Source: Vicugna vicugna (taxonomy: Eukaryota). Taken from it: a DNA stretch of 64,000 nt. Shown in pieces: positions 51,251 through 63,499 of the stretch. Each line of letters opens with the position of its first letter. The first letter of the stretch is position 1. The DNA is taken from the NCBI GenBank assembly GCA_013265495.1, contig MU061441.1, positions 2,064,321 through 2,128,320 of the forward strand. Direction: 5' to 3'. Under the pieces are notes generated by a model. That model was not told the origin of the DNA. It ran no database searches and saw only the letters and a list, made by a program, of their open reading frames with translations. The translations under genes were made by a program, and so were the position numbers.

Positions 51251-52594
51251 CCAAGGGTAATTTTCTAGTTTGTTCATACCATATTTTTTTGAAAAGCAAT
51301 TGAAAAATAAGAATTTTGGTATAGGATTAAAGTAATTATATCTATGGAGATGGTTTAAGATTAAATACAATATATTTAAAGTATTTTCTTTGAAATAATA
51401 TCAACTGTAAGAAACAAAGCCCATCACCACGCTTTCTCACGGCAAGTGCATTAGAGCACTCAGTGGTGCAAAGGTACTTAATGGTCCCAGAGCAGGTGCA
51501 TCGCCCTTCTACGACAGTGCTCATTTGCATATGCACATTTAATCCCAGCAGGAGGTGTGCGTTCAGGGGTCTCCCAGGGCAGAAATATAGACATTCTCAG
51601 GTAAAAGCAGTTCTTCATAAACTTTATAACCTCATTCCAAACTCCAGTTGTCAGTGAACAGCTTTCCAGATTGACATCTTAAATCAAGAAAATGTCACAC
51701 GTGTACAGTAACTGGCCTAATCTTTTCTGTAAATTGCTGCCCGTGGTTTTCAAAAACGTAGTAAATTGCTGGCAATTGACAATGTGTCTCCCTGCATGGC
51801 TACCTTCACTGCTGCACAGTTAACAAATCAGTCTTAAATTATTCAACAGATCACCCAATGTCTTCGTTCTGATGGACAGCCTTTGATTTCAGGGACCTGA
51901 AATTCTATCTTCTATACTGAGGTAACATGTGCCACCTGATTGTTTCTATTCTCTTCAAATGTAAAATTAAAACTGTATGCAGGAAAAATAACTCATCCTC
52001 GGTCTTAGTATCTCAGTGAATGTTGGGCACAGTTCACTAGTCAGGGCTTCTGCTGTCCGACGCTTCTCTGAAGTGGAGCAGGCTGTTTTCGTAGACTAAC
52101 AATGCCTCCTAATGTTTCACATACAGAGGAGTTTTTTCCTCAATTAATTGTATAGTTATAGGACAACAATAAAATGATTCGTTATATGTACAACCTAAAA
52201 CATCAGACGGCCCATTAAGAAATGGTACGATTACACCATTGCACATGGTTCTGAAACCAGGACTAGATCATCTCAAAGAGCTCAAATGGATAGAATGTTG
52301 TTTCTAAAATAAGTTTAGGGATATTGTACTTTATTCTTTTTTTTGGTATTTTTCTTTACTTTTGTTAGTTATATACTAAGTTATCATTTTCTTCAAGTTA
52401 TTCACAAGCTTTTCTGACAGTTTATTTAACATAACATCACATTTCTTGAGGAATGGAAACCCAGAAACTATAAAAATTATATAATTTGAATCTAACGTCA
52501 CTGTTGTATATGTTGACCATATATCAAGATTTAGTTTTATTTTTTTATTTCAAACTACAATTTTTTTTTTTGCTTTTGAAAAATATTTAATGGT

Positions 52595-52750
52595 CAATTT
52601 TTTTAACCGAAGCATTGTGAGTCTATAATGCTCTGTCAATTTCTAGTGTACAGCATAATAGTTCAGTCACACAGATACAGACATATATTCATTCCCATAT
52701 TCCTTTTCATTATAGGTCACTACAAGACACTGAATATAGTTTTGTACTTT
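52595..52750 (-). mobile_element. Short camelid-type L1 3' end
   Basis: caatttctagtgtacagcataatagttcagtc...ttcattataggtcactacaagacactgaatatagt. Confidence 0.8.
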
Positions 52751-53349
52751 GTTCCAAAAAGATTTCTTAACAACTTTTTTTTCCTATCAGTGTACTTTCT
52801 TAAGGGGATTTTCCAGAAGCATATTTACCCGTCCTTGAAGGGAGTTTTTGATAAGTCCTGGCTCTAAGCTAAATCATACACATAAGTCATGAAGGAGTCT
52901 TGTATTTGAGAAGCACTTTTATCCTTATTTGTTCAGGAAGATTGACTTCAGGGCACCTTAGCAGGATCCCCATGTAGAAGGCATGTCACAGCTGCTCTGG
53001 TCTACAAGATTGTAGCCCAGCAGTTTCATTTAGAGCATTTCTCTAAAGACTCCCTTCTAAGGGCACTGATCCACATTCTGACTCATGATGATGTGTATTT
53101 GTAAGTATAAACTACAGGTAAAAGAAGAGTCTAAAGAAAGTGTGGAATGGAGATGGACAGAACAACACAGATTCATCACAGCGAACAGGAAAAACTGCTT
53201 TTCTTACATGCAGTTGATCATGAACATTGTCCTCATTTGTAAATATCAGCATTAAATATTAAGTATTAAGGCTGTATTCTCTTGGTTTTTAAACACTGTA
53301 GCTTATAAACCCATCATGTTTTCCTCCAGGAGACCTTGGCTCATCCTTG

Positions 53350-53790
53350 TGTTTTACACTCCTGCTGTATGTACACAGACTTCTAGAGAAGTCCCTTATT
53401 ATGACACTGTTCACATTTTCTCACTACCATTTATTAAATTGTCTGTTTCCCGTTATATAGAACATTTCATGAGGACAGAAGCTGGCTATCTGGTGTATTG
53501 CCAGAGCACGTATTACCATGATGATAACGTTCTAATTTAAGCTTTGAATGTATTGGTTCAGACCAGATTGAGTTGTATAGCACAGAAAAGCCCGCAAACA
53601 ACGGCTTACAAAATACTCTCTTGTATACAAGAAATCCAGTAGTAAGACAGTCTCGATATGATGTAACAGCTCCACAAACACACAAGGCTCCAAGCTCTTC
53701 TGCTATCTTTCTGTTCTATTATCCTAACCAATGACTTGTCTGCTCCAGGTTACTTTATGGTCTACACTGGCTGTTCAGGCTCCAGCCAAC
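53350..53790. mobile_element. L2 3' fragment (+, ~53350-53515) followed by MLT1K-like LTR fragment (-, ~53560-53790)
   Basis: tgtctgtttcccg...catgaggacagaag; caagaaatccagtagtaagacagtc...gctgttcaggctccagcca. Confidence 0.5.
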
Positions 53791-56719
53791 CCTTTCCCCT
53801 ATCTTTTTTACATAACTGATTGGATTTCCTCATCATTCTGCTTACTCTTCATTCTCAGCCTTACTCCTCTAAAGTAGGGGATGGAGAAGTCTTGTGAGTG
53901 TCCTGTGACTACCACGCCAGTCAAACCACAAATCAGACACCCAGGTACTCTGGTGCCTCTTATACGCACGCAAAGCCTCGCCAAAGCCTTTACCCACAAT
54001 TTCTCATATACCAACAGTAAACTTTCTCTGTGCAATGAGAAATTTTAAAAATCTGCCTCGAAGTGTGATTCTTGTCAAATGAGTTGTTGAGGCAAATCTG
54101 CCTAGCAATTCAGTGACTCTTTTTTTTCCCTTTATAATATTTCAGAAGGTAGTGTTGCATCATTGTATTGTAATCGCTGTTCCTGCAAGACCTTTCAGCT
54201 AAATGTTCATCAGTTACCTTTTAATTTCGTGGTGGTATTCTTCACTATTGTATCAAACTACTTGAAGGCAGAAATTGCTGTTGTGTTAAGAAAAATAGTA
54301 AGTGGCATGCAAATAAATGTTTATTAGGCTCCCCTTTATAATCTTATGAACCATTGCTTATGTCACCTAAAAGGCTTTAGATTTTAGATTTAGATTTAGA
54401 TTTTCCTCTTAATTGAAGTTTCTCAACAGCAAGAGTAAATCCATTAAATATGTGAATTGACATCACAGCAAAAGAATCCACAATCTTAGTAGCATTTATT
54501 GTTTTATTTGCTCAACACATTGTTATTCTAGAATGACCTGGTATTAAGTATGCTCCATCAAGAATTGCACCTGGACATGTGAATCTCCTTGCAAAAAGCA
54601 GAGCAACACACTGCACTAGATCTCCGCTATTAAAACAGTTTTCTCTGGAGCACAGTACTGCTTTCACTGACGTTTCCCAGTCACAGCTGACTCACAATGC
54701 TTTAATTTTTGCAGACGGTGACCTAACTCATATATTTAAATAAGCATAGATTTATTAAGAAAGAAATGTTTTCATGGGTGCTCATAAGGGAAGCGGATAA
54801 ATTTGGAGACCATCACTTCAGCAGAGCCTCAGTGACGTAAGAGAAGTGGAGTGAGAGCAGGATCACCTCCCAGCTTCCCTCCAGCTTTAGTCTGGCTCAG
54901 ATGAGCACCACTGCTCCATCCTGTCCCCTGCCCAGGTGGCAGGGTCTGGCGGAGGAAGTGTGGGGTGAGGAGGAAACTCTCAAGCCACCAGCCACAGGTG
55001 TGGTGTGGCCAGGGAGCAGACATAAGAAGGAGATTTAATGACCAAATTTTAACAACTAAAGTTGGTCCAGACTCTATGCATTAAGTACTGAGAAAATGAA
55101 ATGGGGAATTTGACACAGAAGAGTCAGGGATCAAATAAACAAAATAATGTGTACAGAGGAAGCAATTAGTTTTTAGAAGGCTTGTGATCAAAGTTTATGG
55201 TTATTTTTGCTGCCTGACTTGTGGGAAATTTTTCTCAGTTTTTAAAACAAACAAACAAGCAAAAGCAATGTTCTATCTCCTGGACTTTAATGTGTAAGGA
55301 AGTAGGACCTATATCTGCCATCACATCTTGACACTACAAGGCGAATGAACCTGAAAACCAAGCTCCCAAGTGCTTCCAAGTGCCTCACCACCAGTTTCTC
55401 TTACCCTGATTTACTTTTTTTCCATAGAGCTCATCACTTTTGAGCATACTGCATAGTTTCCTTTTATCATATTCATTGTTTATATCTGTATTGTTTATAT
55501 ATGTTATCTTATGTTATTATATTCATTGCTCATAGCCTCTCCCAACCTCCCCAACAACAGTGCAATTGCAATTTCAACAAAGGCAGGAGTTTTACACCCT
55601 AGTTTTAAGGCATCTTTTAAATACACATTCTGTTTATATTCATAATTTCAGTTCTACAATTCTAATAAAGTAAATTTAAACAAAGAAAACTAATGATTTT
55701 CATTACACCATTAATTGCAGTAGTAACTTTGGAAGTAACAATTGTTGAAAATTAGTGAAATAGTTAAGAAAATTATTTACCTACTTGATTAGCATTAATT
55801 ATTAAAATATATTAAGGGTTTATAACAATATGAGAAATGTTTGTACTATGTAAAGTAAAAAATGTAAGTATATGTATTTTATCTACAATGTGATCACAAT
55901 AATCCAAAAACTTAAAGAATGGACACTTCTAGCCATGAAATGTTAATTATCCTTTTGATGAAAATAACAGCATAGTTGGGAAAAAAAATACAAGAAGGAA
56001 CTATTTTCAGGTACTAAACATCAGGCAGTTTGGGCATATGATTCTTGAAAGAAGGATAATACACAATGTGATACTTAAAATCGATCACTCTGGCTTTCTG
56101 ACTTGAGACCCTTTCTTGCTCTGGACCAGTGTTCTTATTGAGTGGAGGAAGAAGATTGGATATTTGGGTTGTTGAAATGTTGGTAATTTTTGCAGCAATA
56201 ACTGAGAAAAGGAAGGGGAGGTGGGGGATAAACTATAAACAGTGCACTGTATGGTCCAAGAACACATTCACTGATGGGAGAAGTGGTGATGGTTCTAGCT
56301 ATACAGTGATTATAATATAGAACAAACAGAAACCACCTCTGAGGGTTTTAGAGGAAATTCTCTGGGTATATCTCACTGCTTAACTGGATTGATGCCCTTT
56401 TTTACAACATGGGCCTCACTGGAGTTTTTGTTAGAGAGATTCTGTAAGAGTTTGTGCTGGTCAAGGCAGGTTTTCTAAGATCCAAACCACAAGGGCAAGT
56501 CAAGATCCTCAGAAAGCTTTGAGAGTGACTTGAAACAACAGCACACAGTTGAAGACTATAGCTGGAAATAAGAAATTTTAAAAATAGATACGGCTTTTTA
56601 TTTAATCATACTATCTAGGTGCTTTACAATAACAAATTACGCCATATACAAGAAAATATTTAAATCACTTAAGTAAAAATTCGACACACGCTGTTCTTAT
56701 ATTTGGAAGGCAATCAAAT

Positions 56720-57420
56720 CCTGCTTCCGCAGGAATCGGGAGAATCCTGTACTTCGCTGACGTTCGTGCTGGAGAGACTGATGTAACAGTTGTCAAAGTG
56801 TCTCTTACCCTCCCGAGTGGGTCCTTCTGCCCGGTATCACTTGAGCCAATAGAATGAGGCTGAAAGCTTCATTCTTGGATCAGGAACGGGGATGTGCAGG
56901 CTCAGCTCTGGAGCACACTGCCTGCCCGACCAGAAGGGTTGTGGGCGTGGCTGCGTTGTGGGAGGGGCGGAGCTCCCCCCGCGCAGGCGCGGGCGCTGCT
57001 CACAGGGCGGGCGCTTCTGCACACGGCCCGCCAAGCGCGGTGTGGGCGCCGCCATCTTGCTCCTGGCGCGCTGGTCGGAATTTCCGCGCGGTGAGGCTTC
57101 ACTGTGCGGCCAGCTGTGAGCGAGAGAGAGCTGACTAGGCGCAAAGGAGAAAAAAAAAAGGTTAGACTTTATTTTCCTATCCCGATTCTGTTTTTATTTC
57201 CTGAGAGTTGCTGACGCGCTTGGCCCTGACACACCCCTCCTCTGCCTTCCGGCCCGCTCCTCGTTCTCGAGGCAGCGGGGCACAGGCTAGTCTTGTGCGA
57301 CTGCTTCTCGCTGAGGGTGGGCGTCGTCCAGACCGGGGTGGGGGGAAGCAGGGCTTCTCCCCAAGGCCTTGAGGTGTGTCGGGTTGTCCCCAGGCTCGGC
57401 CCTGACTGTTCACATCCCTG
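56720..57420. promoter_or_regulatory. CpG-island promoter, probably bidirectional; gene not identified
   Basis: High GC and CpG density. AGCCAATAG (CCAAT 56846-56850), GGGCGTGGC 56943-56951, GGGGCGGAGC 56964-56973, CGCGCAGGCGCG (NRF1) 56980-56991, GCCGCCATCTTG (YY1) 57048-57059, CGGAATTTCC (kB-like) 57076-57085. Plus-strand donor GCG|GTGAGG at 57090/57091; minus-strand donor AGG|GTAAGA at 56809/56808. Confidence 0.85.
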
Positions 57421-57610
57421 GCCGACCACTGTCTAACCTTCTGGAAACAAAGGACACCAGACAATTTCAGATGCATGGCTCACATATCAGCAGGGAAATC
57501 GTGGTCCCCTGTCAAAAGATTTTTCCTAGAGTGAAGGTCTCTAGGTCTCCGGCCTGTAGGCAGGTGTGCCCTGATGTGGGCGCTCACTGCCCAGGCCTCA
57601 GTCTCCCTGC

Positions 57611-58830
57611 TCAAGCTCTGGTTTTTCGAAAGAGAAGCTTCAGGGCAGGGAGAGGTTCACACAGCAGTCAGGGGGCTCTGGGGCCCGGGTTGTCTCTTAA
57701 TGAGAGGTTGGGGCTCTGGGGTCTCCTCACTCGGGCGTGATGTCCCCCCAGAGTGACCCCTGCAGCTTCAGGGCAGGTGGGCAGTGAGCCGCACTGGGTG
57801 GGGTCTGGTCCGCTGGTGCTGATCTTGCGCACTGTCGGTTTTCTGGGGTTTTAGGTGCACCCAGTCTCCTGGCCGGAAGCGGGGGAGGGCCAGGTCCATG
57901 GGTGCGGCCAGCACCTGGTCACCATATTCCATGAGAGCTTTCATGCTTGCTTCTACCTGGAGGGAAACTTGAGCTGTTCCATTTCAAGGATATTAAGAAG
58001 TCCCTTTTTTCGGGCTTGGGAAATGGGTCTACCATACAGTAGTTCAGATGCACTGAACTTTACCTTATCCCTTGGGGCTGACCGTATGTGGAGCAGAGCA
58101 ATCCCAAGCAACTTAATTAAATTTTCTTGACTTTCCTGGCATAGCTCTGTTAAGGCCCATTTCAAGTCCTGATTGAATCTCTTTACTTGCCTCAACAACT
58201 GGGGTCTCCAGACTTGAGTGCAAGGTCCAGTTTTATGTCCAGGGCACTTATTATTCCCTTTGTCACTTGAGACACAAATGCTGGACCATAATCACTTTGT
58301 AGGGATCCTGGGAGCCCACACCTGGGCATTATTTCTCTTAGTAATACCTTAGCCACTTCAGCTGCCCTTTCAGTTCTAGCAGGAATGCTTTTGTCACTCA
58401 GAAAACGTGTCCTATCTGCCATTCTTCCCCAGGACATGTCCCTCTGGTCCGAGTGAGCCTTATCTGGGGCCCTCTAGGGGGTCTGGTGTCAGGGTGGTTC
58501 ACTGTGCAGTTAGGACAGGGCTTCCTGTAGTGAGTTCCTTGTTGAACCTCCCTGCAGTTGACAGGCTGCAGTTTGGGGAAAGAAATATTGCCCATGTTCA
58601 TTAACTAGCCACCCATGGCCTCCTGGATCCCTATTGAAGCTGCATTTTCTGGCTTTGTCTAATTCTTCTTCCTTTGTGTAGATTGGAGAATAATTGAATC
58701 GATCTGGCCTTTGAAATTAAGGGGTAGAATCTACTTCAAGTTACGGGGTAAAATCACTGCCACTTTTTCTGGAAGCTTCAATATGTTTAAGCCATATTTC
58801 ACATGCTTATTCTCATCAGTAAGCAGTAAG
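57611..58830 (-). mobile_element. pol: ERV class I (gamma-like) pol remnant: RNaseH end, linker and whole integrase; frameshifted
   Basis: Minus-strand translations in order: LLTDENKHVKYGLNILKLPEKVAVI (RNaseH end); PIYTKEEE...GWLVNEHG; CPNC...RGTCPGEEWQI; RTERAAEVAKVLLREIMPRCGLPGSLQSDYGPAFVSQVTKGI; IALLHIRSAPR...SELLYGRP; FRPGDWVHLK; ALKLQG; EPLPALKLLFRK-stop (TGA 57611-57613). Confidence 0.92.
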
Positions 58831-59557
58831 AAGAATTTGGTTGTGTAGGTGGTCTAGGAAAGGGGATTGTTGACTGTTTTCCATTTCATCCTGCTGGGAA
58901 TAAGGGGCCAACAAAGGAGTATAGGCAAAGGAACAACATGGGTTAGGAATAATGTAAAAGATAGATTGTGGAGAAAAAGAGCTAGGAAAGAGATGATAGA
59001 AGTGAAAATGAAAGCAGTAGCTGTGTACAAATTGAAAGGGCTGGTATCTAGAGGGTAAAAGCTATGAGGCTTGAAAACAATACTATCATAGTGCATTCTC
59101 TATTAGTAGAAGCAATTGGTTTCTGGGCCATCTGGTATTTGGTGACTGAGCAGAAGAGCATAAAATAAAAAGTCAGTGATAAGTAAAAGTGCTTTATGTT
59201 CCTAAGTAACAAACTACAACCATCAGAATTCAATAATAGTTTAATATTTTGAAAGGCATCAATCATCATGCCTCCAATTCCAGTACCACAGGACAAGTGT
59301 TCAGTAGATTACACAGAAGATTGCAAAGGATAACTTTTGCAGAATTAAAAATAAAGCAGAACTTTCTTAACCCAGGAAACAAGCCAGCTGATATTAAAAT
59401 CCTCAAGGTGCCCCCTGGCAGACATTTTGAACACAGAGATGATTTTGTGGTCTGAGTTATTTTGACCTCTGTGATGTGATAGAAAATAAGGTATATTTTG
59501 AGTTTCAGACAAGGAAATTGTTGCTTTTGGAGAAATATTTACAGCTTTATTTTTTAG

Positions 59558-59694
59558 GCAGAAAAGGATAAATTTAAGTCAGCACTGAACACTGGCATGT
59601 TTTGAGGAGAAAAAGATATTCTGCAAGACTAACGCACTGCAGAGGAAAGCACTCAGTAATTCTGTAACCAAACTAGTTATTTGCCCAGAGTAGG
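59558..59694 (+). other. Candidate non-coding exon (137 nt)
   Basis: ctttatttttttag|GCA acceptor and TAGG|GTATGT donor. Stops in all three frames. No transcript evidence available. Confidence 0.25.
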
Positions 59695-60513
59695 GTATGT
59701 AGCGATCATACTTGGAAGAGCTAGAATACAGAGTTTTTGTGTTTTCTTTTTTCTTCCCAAATTAGCCTAATGATTTGGAGAAATACTCAGTAATATAGAG
59801 AGTGAAGTTTATTCTGGATGAGTCAAAAATAAATTCAGTGTATGTGTTTGTAATTTACGAAATTAGTTATAATTTGAATTACATTGTTATTTTCGATCTT
59901 CAGTCAGGAATTATTTTAAATAGGTTTTCAGAGTTTTTACATTTATAATTTGTAGTCTGATCATCACTGTATTCATCTCTTTTTGCATGGCCAAAATCTG
60001 TCCTCTGATTCTGGTCAAACTGCATTTTAAATTCCCTGAGCAAACCTTGAATTTAGATGTGCTGTTAGGTCGACTTGGTGTTCTGTTTTGTTCTTACTGT
60101 AAAATACTCAGTATTTTAATAAGCAAGCCCCTGTATCCTCCTTGCAGACAGTCCTTTCTCAATATAATTTAATATTCAATTTCTAGAGCAGTAATTCTAT
60201 AATATGATGTCAAAATGAACGACAAATTATTTCATTCATCCTCTTGTAAGAATTTGGGAGTGTTTTAATGAAAAGACATGATAACATAAGATACTTCCAA
60301 CCACTGTGTGTTAAGAACTATTCTGACCTAAACGAATCTGTACAGCAACTATTATATGTAGAAAATTACCAATAATAGAAGCAATAGGAAGTCAAGGAAG
60401 TCAAAGATACGTCTCTTAAAGAGGCTGAAAGTTTCAATAAAAAAACCAACACGACAATGTAGTAGTGTTTAATTTATGTACACTTATACTATTTTGATAT
60501 TTTTTCATGGTTA

Positions 60514-61055
60514 ATGTGGCAGATAACAGTTTCCAGAAATGACCATAGAGTATTTCTTGTCCCATATCCTTTTCCACAACCTTGCCACTCCCCCTTCGAG
60601 AGATGGAGTCTAATTCCCCTCCCCTTGAAATTAGACAGAGCTGTGGTCTTGACAAGGAGCATATGACAGAATTCAAGAACTAGAGGTTAGGTCACAGTTG
60701 GTTATATAACTTCCACCTGGCTCCTCCCAGTCTTTGGCTGTTCTCCCGTGGACACACCACTTCAATGCTGTGAAGAGAAGCCAGGCCACATGGTGGGCTT
60801 AGCATAGGAGCTCTGATTGACAGCACCAGCTAAGATCTTAGCCAACAGCCTGCATCAGCTGCCAGACTATATGTGAGCGAGCCTTCAGAGGCTGTTTTCC
60901 AGCCTTGAAGTCTTCCAGTTGAGATCCCAGACATCACGAAGCAGAGAGGCAAGTCATTTCCACAGGGCCCTGACTAATGTCTTACAACCAAATTTGTGAG
61001 CATAATAAATAATTGCCTAACCCGCTAAATTTTGAAGTCATAATAACTGAAACAG
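60514..61055 (+). mobile_element. Complete MLT1 (F/G/H-like) MaLR solo LTR
   Basis: Starts tgtggcagataacagtttccagaaatgacc; agagatggagtctaattcccctccccttgaa; ends aataactgaaaca. Confidence 0.85.
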
Positions 61056-61852
61056 TTCGTGAGGTCTGCATATTCAGTTTCATATTATGGCAACATATTA
61101 ATAGATGTTTGCTACCAATTTCATAAGTTATTTTATATAATTTTTCTCTGAATGTGCCAAGGATCTTATAAGGATTATGATTTCAAGTATAAAATAGATG
61201 TTGAAGCTAAACAGAGAAATGTATATTTAAGTTGTCCATATTAGTAAAATCCAGAAAACTTATGATTTAAATTTCTTACCGTGCTTGATAACATAATTGG
61301 CTTACTTTTTGGACAGTAATTTCAGGCTTACAATAACAGCTAATGCTATGCAGAGGAAATTATTTCTCCCTGTGTGCAAATACTTATTGTCTTAATTTTT
61401 CTTTTTTTCTCAATAGCAATTTTGATGAGAACTAATCACTTACTAAAAACAAAGCTTCCCTGTTACTTACTTTGTCCTCAAACCATGGTTCAAACTGGAG
61501 GAAAGCAATCCCTTTGAAATACATTTTGTGGAGATCTAACCTTTACAAGATAATTTTTGTTAGGTAAAAACTCTTTTGGAATAGTCAAATGCAAATTATA
61601 GACCCATGAGAGTTTTGGGGTACATTACTGTTAATCGATTTTCACTGTATGTATAATACTGTTAAGCAATTATGAAATATACTAAACTATGCATTTATAT
61701 ATTTTTTGATGATGCAACAGAATTTCATGAAGTTCAGTGACTATCAAAATCATTATCATGTATAAGTCTTACATTCTATACCTATAATTTTTATAGTCCT
61801 GCCTGCTATGCTACAATACTGTCTGATACATTTCAGGCATTTCCCCCTCTAG

Positions 61853-62013
61853 ATTTACGCTATTCCAACAAAATGAACCAATGATTAGTTACACTGATAA
61901 CATGGGAAACAAATTAGAAGTGAAAATGGCACCTGAAGGATATCACTAGACATGCACGGCAGCTGTTTGGATAGCTTTCATCTCCGTTGACAAAGAGCAA
62001 TGTCCTTCATCTG
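61853..62013 (+). other. Candidate exon (161 nt), non-coding or 5'UTR with a late ATG
   Basis: ttccccctctag|ATT acceptor and CTG|GTAAGC donor. Contains short closed uORFs and gcaATGTCCTTCATCTG running into the donor. Confidence 0.35.
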
Positions 62014-62584
62014 GTAAGCTGAGTCTACCTCAGTTAAGATTCACCTTCAGTAAGCTGTGGAGGAGAAAAGAAAGGAGCAAGTGCCTGAAGACAACCACGC
62101 CAGAACCACATTCATATCATGGGTATCTCCTCTAATTATTAAGTGACTTGTCACTGTCTCCAGCACCCATATACTGAAAGATACATAGAGATGACCAAAA
62201 AGCAAAGTGATCAGAGTGATATAAATAAAAGGACAGCCTTTCAATTCCCTGTTTGTCTCTGACTCTAATTTGTTGCTGTGAACCATCCACTAAATATGCA
62301 GCCATTTGTTTCTTGGTCCATGTATAGCCTGAAGGCACAAAAACAAGTGCTGAGCTCAGAAAAACAGATCCCAGCAGTGCAGTTACAGATGAGACAGTCT
62401 GAGAACAACATTATTTTAAAACTGTCATGCAGGACAAAACATTCAAGGTAAAATTTTCAAACAGATAAAAACAGTTTCCTGTTCTGCCAGAAAATGCATG
62501 GGTAACATTCCATCTGATGATATTAGGCCAAAATGAAAAAGACTCTAAATAATGAAACCTATTAGGAGATCTGTATTCTTTACC

Positions 62585-62680
62585 AAGGGAGACTTTCTCT
62601 CTCTCTCCCTCCCTCCCTTTCTTTCTTTTTTTCTTTCTCTCTTTCTTTCTTCCTTTCTTCCTCTTTCTCTCTCTGTCTCC
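62585..62680. repeat. (CT)/(CCCT)/(CTTT) polypyrimidine tract
   Basis: Directly visible. Confidence 0.85.
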
Positions 62681-63499
62681 CTAACCATCATCATCCACTG
62701 ATCTATTCCATGAATACCTTAAAAATACATTTCATGTGGCTTGAAATAACAACAAAAATAAAAGATCACCTAAAATAACTCATGCAGAATAAAAGACAAA
62801 ACAGTGAGATAAATGAAGAGAGTGAATCATATCAAGAAGCAGCTTAGCTGAAGAAAACCTATAATAAGAAGCAAACTACCAACAACAGAAAGTAAACAAG
62901 GAAAAAAAAACTTTTAAAATTCTTTGGAACATTTAATCATGTAATTTTCCAGCAAAGAATCTCTACACTTTAAAACATGTCTAAGGACACCATTTTACTA
63001 CCTTGGACTAATTGTATATATATATTCCTATTACTCTGTTAGATCAGAAAGAGTTTGAAGTATATATTGGAAATATTTTTGTCAAATGGTTATAATAAAA
63101 AGTGAGGTTAATGAGTAAGCTTAACTCATTGTCAAAACTAACAGTTTATTAACTAATTACATATTATGAATAAATATTGATTTCTTATATAAATTACCTA
63201 GCAACAAGTAAATATTTCCAATTTTTCCCAACTCTTAACACAATACCACCAGAAATACACAGAACATAATAAGATCATTGACTGAAAGAAAATTCTGCAA
63301 ATTTAAAACAACTTAAGACCACATCATGACTAAATGTATATATAGACATATCTGCATTTGTCTGTCTATATGTTTAAGTCCTAAAATATAAATTTAATTT
63401 CATCAGTCACTAGAAATATGCTGAAATAAACAATTCAGATATTTGGAAGTTAATATTGTTAAAAATATCCTGAACACAAACAATAGGCAGGGATAGAAA

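Noticed and set aside
54375-54405. (TTTAGA)n short repeat resembling a telomeric variant
   Set aside because: Only about four imperfect units; an ordinary microsatellite, not TTAGGG.
56837-57055. Minus-strand ORF MAAPTPRLAGRVQKRPP... with a good Kozak context
   Set aside because: The ATG is the core of the YY1 motif, and GC-rich islands routinely give such ORFs. I do not recognise the peptide and found no phase-compatible downstream exon. Not excluded, but unsupported.
62047-62338. Minus-strand ORFs after good polypyrimidine acceptors
   Set aside because: No recognisable protein and no matching donor or polyA signal identified; cannot be supported without transcript data.
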